A stretch of 64,000 nt of DNA from positions 102,984,001 to 103,048,000 of the forward strand of contig CM059431.1 in assembly GCA_030390025.1 (NCBI GenBank), written 5' to 3'. The stretch comes from Squalus acanthias. Taxonomy: Eukaryota. A program made the position numbers and the translations under genes. The notes under the pieces are model-generated. The model saw only the letters and a program-made list of their open reading frames with translations. It was not told the origin of the DNA and did no database searches. The stretch's first letter is position 1. Each line of letters begins with the position of its first letter. This document shows, piece after piece, positions 61,664 through 64,000 of this stretch.

Positions 61664-61964
61664 CCAGTGACCTTCACACCATCATGGAGATCTTTTGTAT
61701 TTGAAGCCCACAGAGCAAACGGCCGACAGCATGTGAAACCATTCCATCCTTGCTACTCCGTCATAATTCTAGCACACCAATGGAAAATTAGTTTAAAGAA
61801 CCTCATGAATATTTATTTAACAGGGCAAACCTGCACCTCATGCTGTGGAACAAGATTGATTTTTCTTGTGTTACGGTGCTCACATTGAACTTTGTGTTGA
61901 GGTTAGCACTAGTGCAAGCTCCAGCTATCGGGTGTCCCCGTTAATATTTAATTTGAGCAACGGT

Positions 61965-63170
61965 TTATATTTGCGTAGAATATAAGAGCAGGGAGGTTAC
62001 GCTTGAACTGTATAAAACACACTGTATGGACCTTGTACAGCAGGCACCTCAAAGCACTGGAGAGGTAACACCAACGTTGCCTCCGCAAGATAGGCGCGCC
62101 AATGTCAATGTTCTCGCTCAGGCCAACATCCCCAGCATCAAAGTTTTGATCAGCTCTGATGGACCGGCCACATCGTCCGCATGCCTGATACGAGACTCCC
62201 AAAACAAGCGCTCTACTCTGAGCTGCGACACGGCAAGAGAGCCCCAGGTGGGCAGAGGAAATGCTTCAAGGACACCCTCAAAGCCTCCTTGAAAAAGTGC
62301 AACATCCCCACCAACACCCGGGAATCCCTGGCCCAAGACCGCACAAAGTGGAGGAGAAGCATCCGGGAAGGCGCCGAACACCTCGAGTCTCTTCGCTGGG
62401 AGCAAGCGGAAGCCAAGCGCAAACAGCAGAAGGAGCGCACGTCAACCCAAGCACCCCACCCACCCGACCCTTCAACCACCGTCTGCCCCACCCGTGACAG
62501 AGACTGTAGGTCCCGCATTGGACTCATCAGTCACCTGAGAACTCATTTTTAGTGTGGAAGCAAGTCATCCTCAGTTCCGAGGGACTGCCTAAGAAGAAGT
62601 ATAAAACACTAGTTAGGCCACAGCTAGAGAATTGAATACAGTTCTGGTCACCACATGACAGGAAGGATGTGATTGCCCTAGAGAGGATACAGAGGAGATT
62701 TACGAGGGTGTTGCCTGGGCTGGAGAATTTTAGCTATGAGGAAAGATTGGATAGGCTGGGGTTGTTTTCTTTGAAACAGAGGAGGCTGAGGAGAGACTTG
62801 ATTGAGGTGTATAAAATTATGAGGGGCCTAGATAGAGTGGATAGGAAGGACCTATTTCCCTTAGCAGAGAGGTCAATAACCAGGGGGCATAGATTTAAAG
62901 TAATTGGTCGAAGGATTAGAGGGGAGTTGTGGAGAACTTTTTTCACCCAGAGGGTGGTGGGGATCTGGAACTCACTGCCTGAAAGGGTGATAGAGGCAGA
63001 AACCCTCATCACATTTAAAAAGTGCTTGGATGTGCACTTGAAGTACCGTAACCTACAGGGCTACGGACCAAGAGCTGGAATGTGGGATTAGGCTGGATAG
63101 CTCTTTCTCGGCCGGCACAGACACGATGGGCCAAATGGCCTCCTTCTGTGCCGTAAACTTCTATGATTCT
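61965..63170 (+). mobile_element. CR1 split by an RTE insertion
   Basis: ORF 62669-63091; host rejoins at gtataaaacac. Confidence 0.88.
62021..62598 (+). mobile_element. RTE-clade LINE 3' end
   Basis: MPDTRLPKQALYSEL..GKRAPGGQRKCFKDTLK..AQDRTKWR..GLISHLRTH; (AAG)n tail; 11-bp TSD gtataaaacac (62010-62020, 62599-62609). Confidence 0.88.
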
Positions 63171-63396
63171 TTAATCATTGTGTTGTGTTATCTGGGTTTT
63201 ATCTGTGTCCTAGTCTTTCTGTGTAATGATATTGGGAGAGGGCGATCCTGATTCATTTGTAATGGGCTACACTTGGTCACTGTTTTGATATCAATTACTT
63301 TGAATTATGAAATAACATTGACGTTGGTCCAGATTGACAGACACTGAATTATTTTTGATTTATTAATATTTAAATTCAAATACAACAACTTCTTAG

Positions 63397-64000
63397 AGCT
63401 GGATTTTGGCAGCCGACACGAGTTGGGGGTGGGTCTGCTGCCTTCCGGGTTCTAGTCCCGCTCCCCAGCGACATCTGACGAATGCACGCTATTTTCCCTT
63501 GATTGGTCTTACCGGCCAATTAAGGGAAAGCTGGTGACAGATGATGTCAGCGTATGACGCTTCATCTGTCGAAAAAATTTTGACAGATGAATTATCAGCG
63601 TTTGACAGCTTTGAGAAGCTATCAAACACTGACAACCTCTGTTCTAAGGTGAGCCCTTGCACAAAGGCTCACCAAGACCTCTCTCCTCAGCAGAAAGCAG
63701 ATGGCTGCTGCATCTGAGAATGCAGCAGCCATTCTGTCATCTCTGCCGTTGAGATGAGGCACCTCCGGTTCCCCAAGGGTTGAAGCCTACAGAAAGAAGC
63801 AAAGGTAAGGAAACTTTTTCCAACTCTTTACACTCACCTCTCATACTTTCCTGTCCACACTTACACCCATCACTCACCTCTACAGCTGACATTTCGACCC
63901 CTCTCACCCCCGCAGACCCACTGCTCGCCTCGCTGACCCTGGCGAGGGTCGCAGCCGTCGGGAAGCCCGCAATTGCAGGCGTAAAATGGGGAAAAGCCTC
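63397..64000. mobile_element. Harbinger-type MITE related to 33025-33871, running off the window
   Basis: Starts gagctggatttt; shares tttgacagatga and tttgacagctt...tcaaac with 33610-33690. Confidence 0.7.

Noticed and set aside
1..64000. CRISPR array or prokaryote-style RT/nuclease defence system
   Set aside because: No repeat-spacer array or operon; RT and GIY-YIG belong to separate eukaryotic retroelements

Overview
Repeat-saturated, gene-poor vertebrate DNA. The repeat repertoire points to a cartilaginous fish (inference; species not determinable here). No recognisable host protein-coding gene, RNA gene or CRISPR array was found. Most of the window is nested mobile DNA: many CR1 LINE fragments (one with an uninterrupted RT domain), L2 and RTE LINE 3' ends, Deu-domain SINEs and a second tRNA-derived SINE, two families of Penelope-like elements with GIY-YIG remnants and minimal hammerhead ribozyme motifs, about ten PIF/Harbinger-type non-autonomous DNA elements (one retaining a Myb/SANT exon), and three long solo LTRs. 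The most unusual structures are (i) two different solo LTRs inserted tail-to-tail at one 4-bp site (CCAG-LTR-CCAG-LTR-CCAG), (ii) a covarying T-arm-like hairpin at the end of all three LTRs, (iii) tiny hammerhead-bearing Penelope derivatives, three of four next to TTCATAA, and (iv) a CR1 subfamily with a doubled 3' terminal module. Two CpG-rich ETS-containing promoter-like patches and a few orphan exon candidates hint at unidentified transcripts. Family assignments rest on recalled motifs, not database searches; repeat boundaries without a quoted TSD are approximate.
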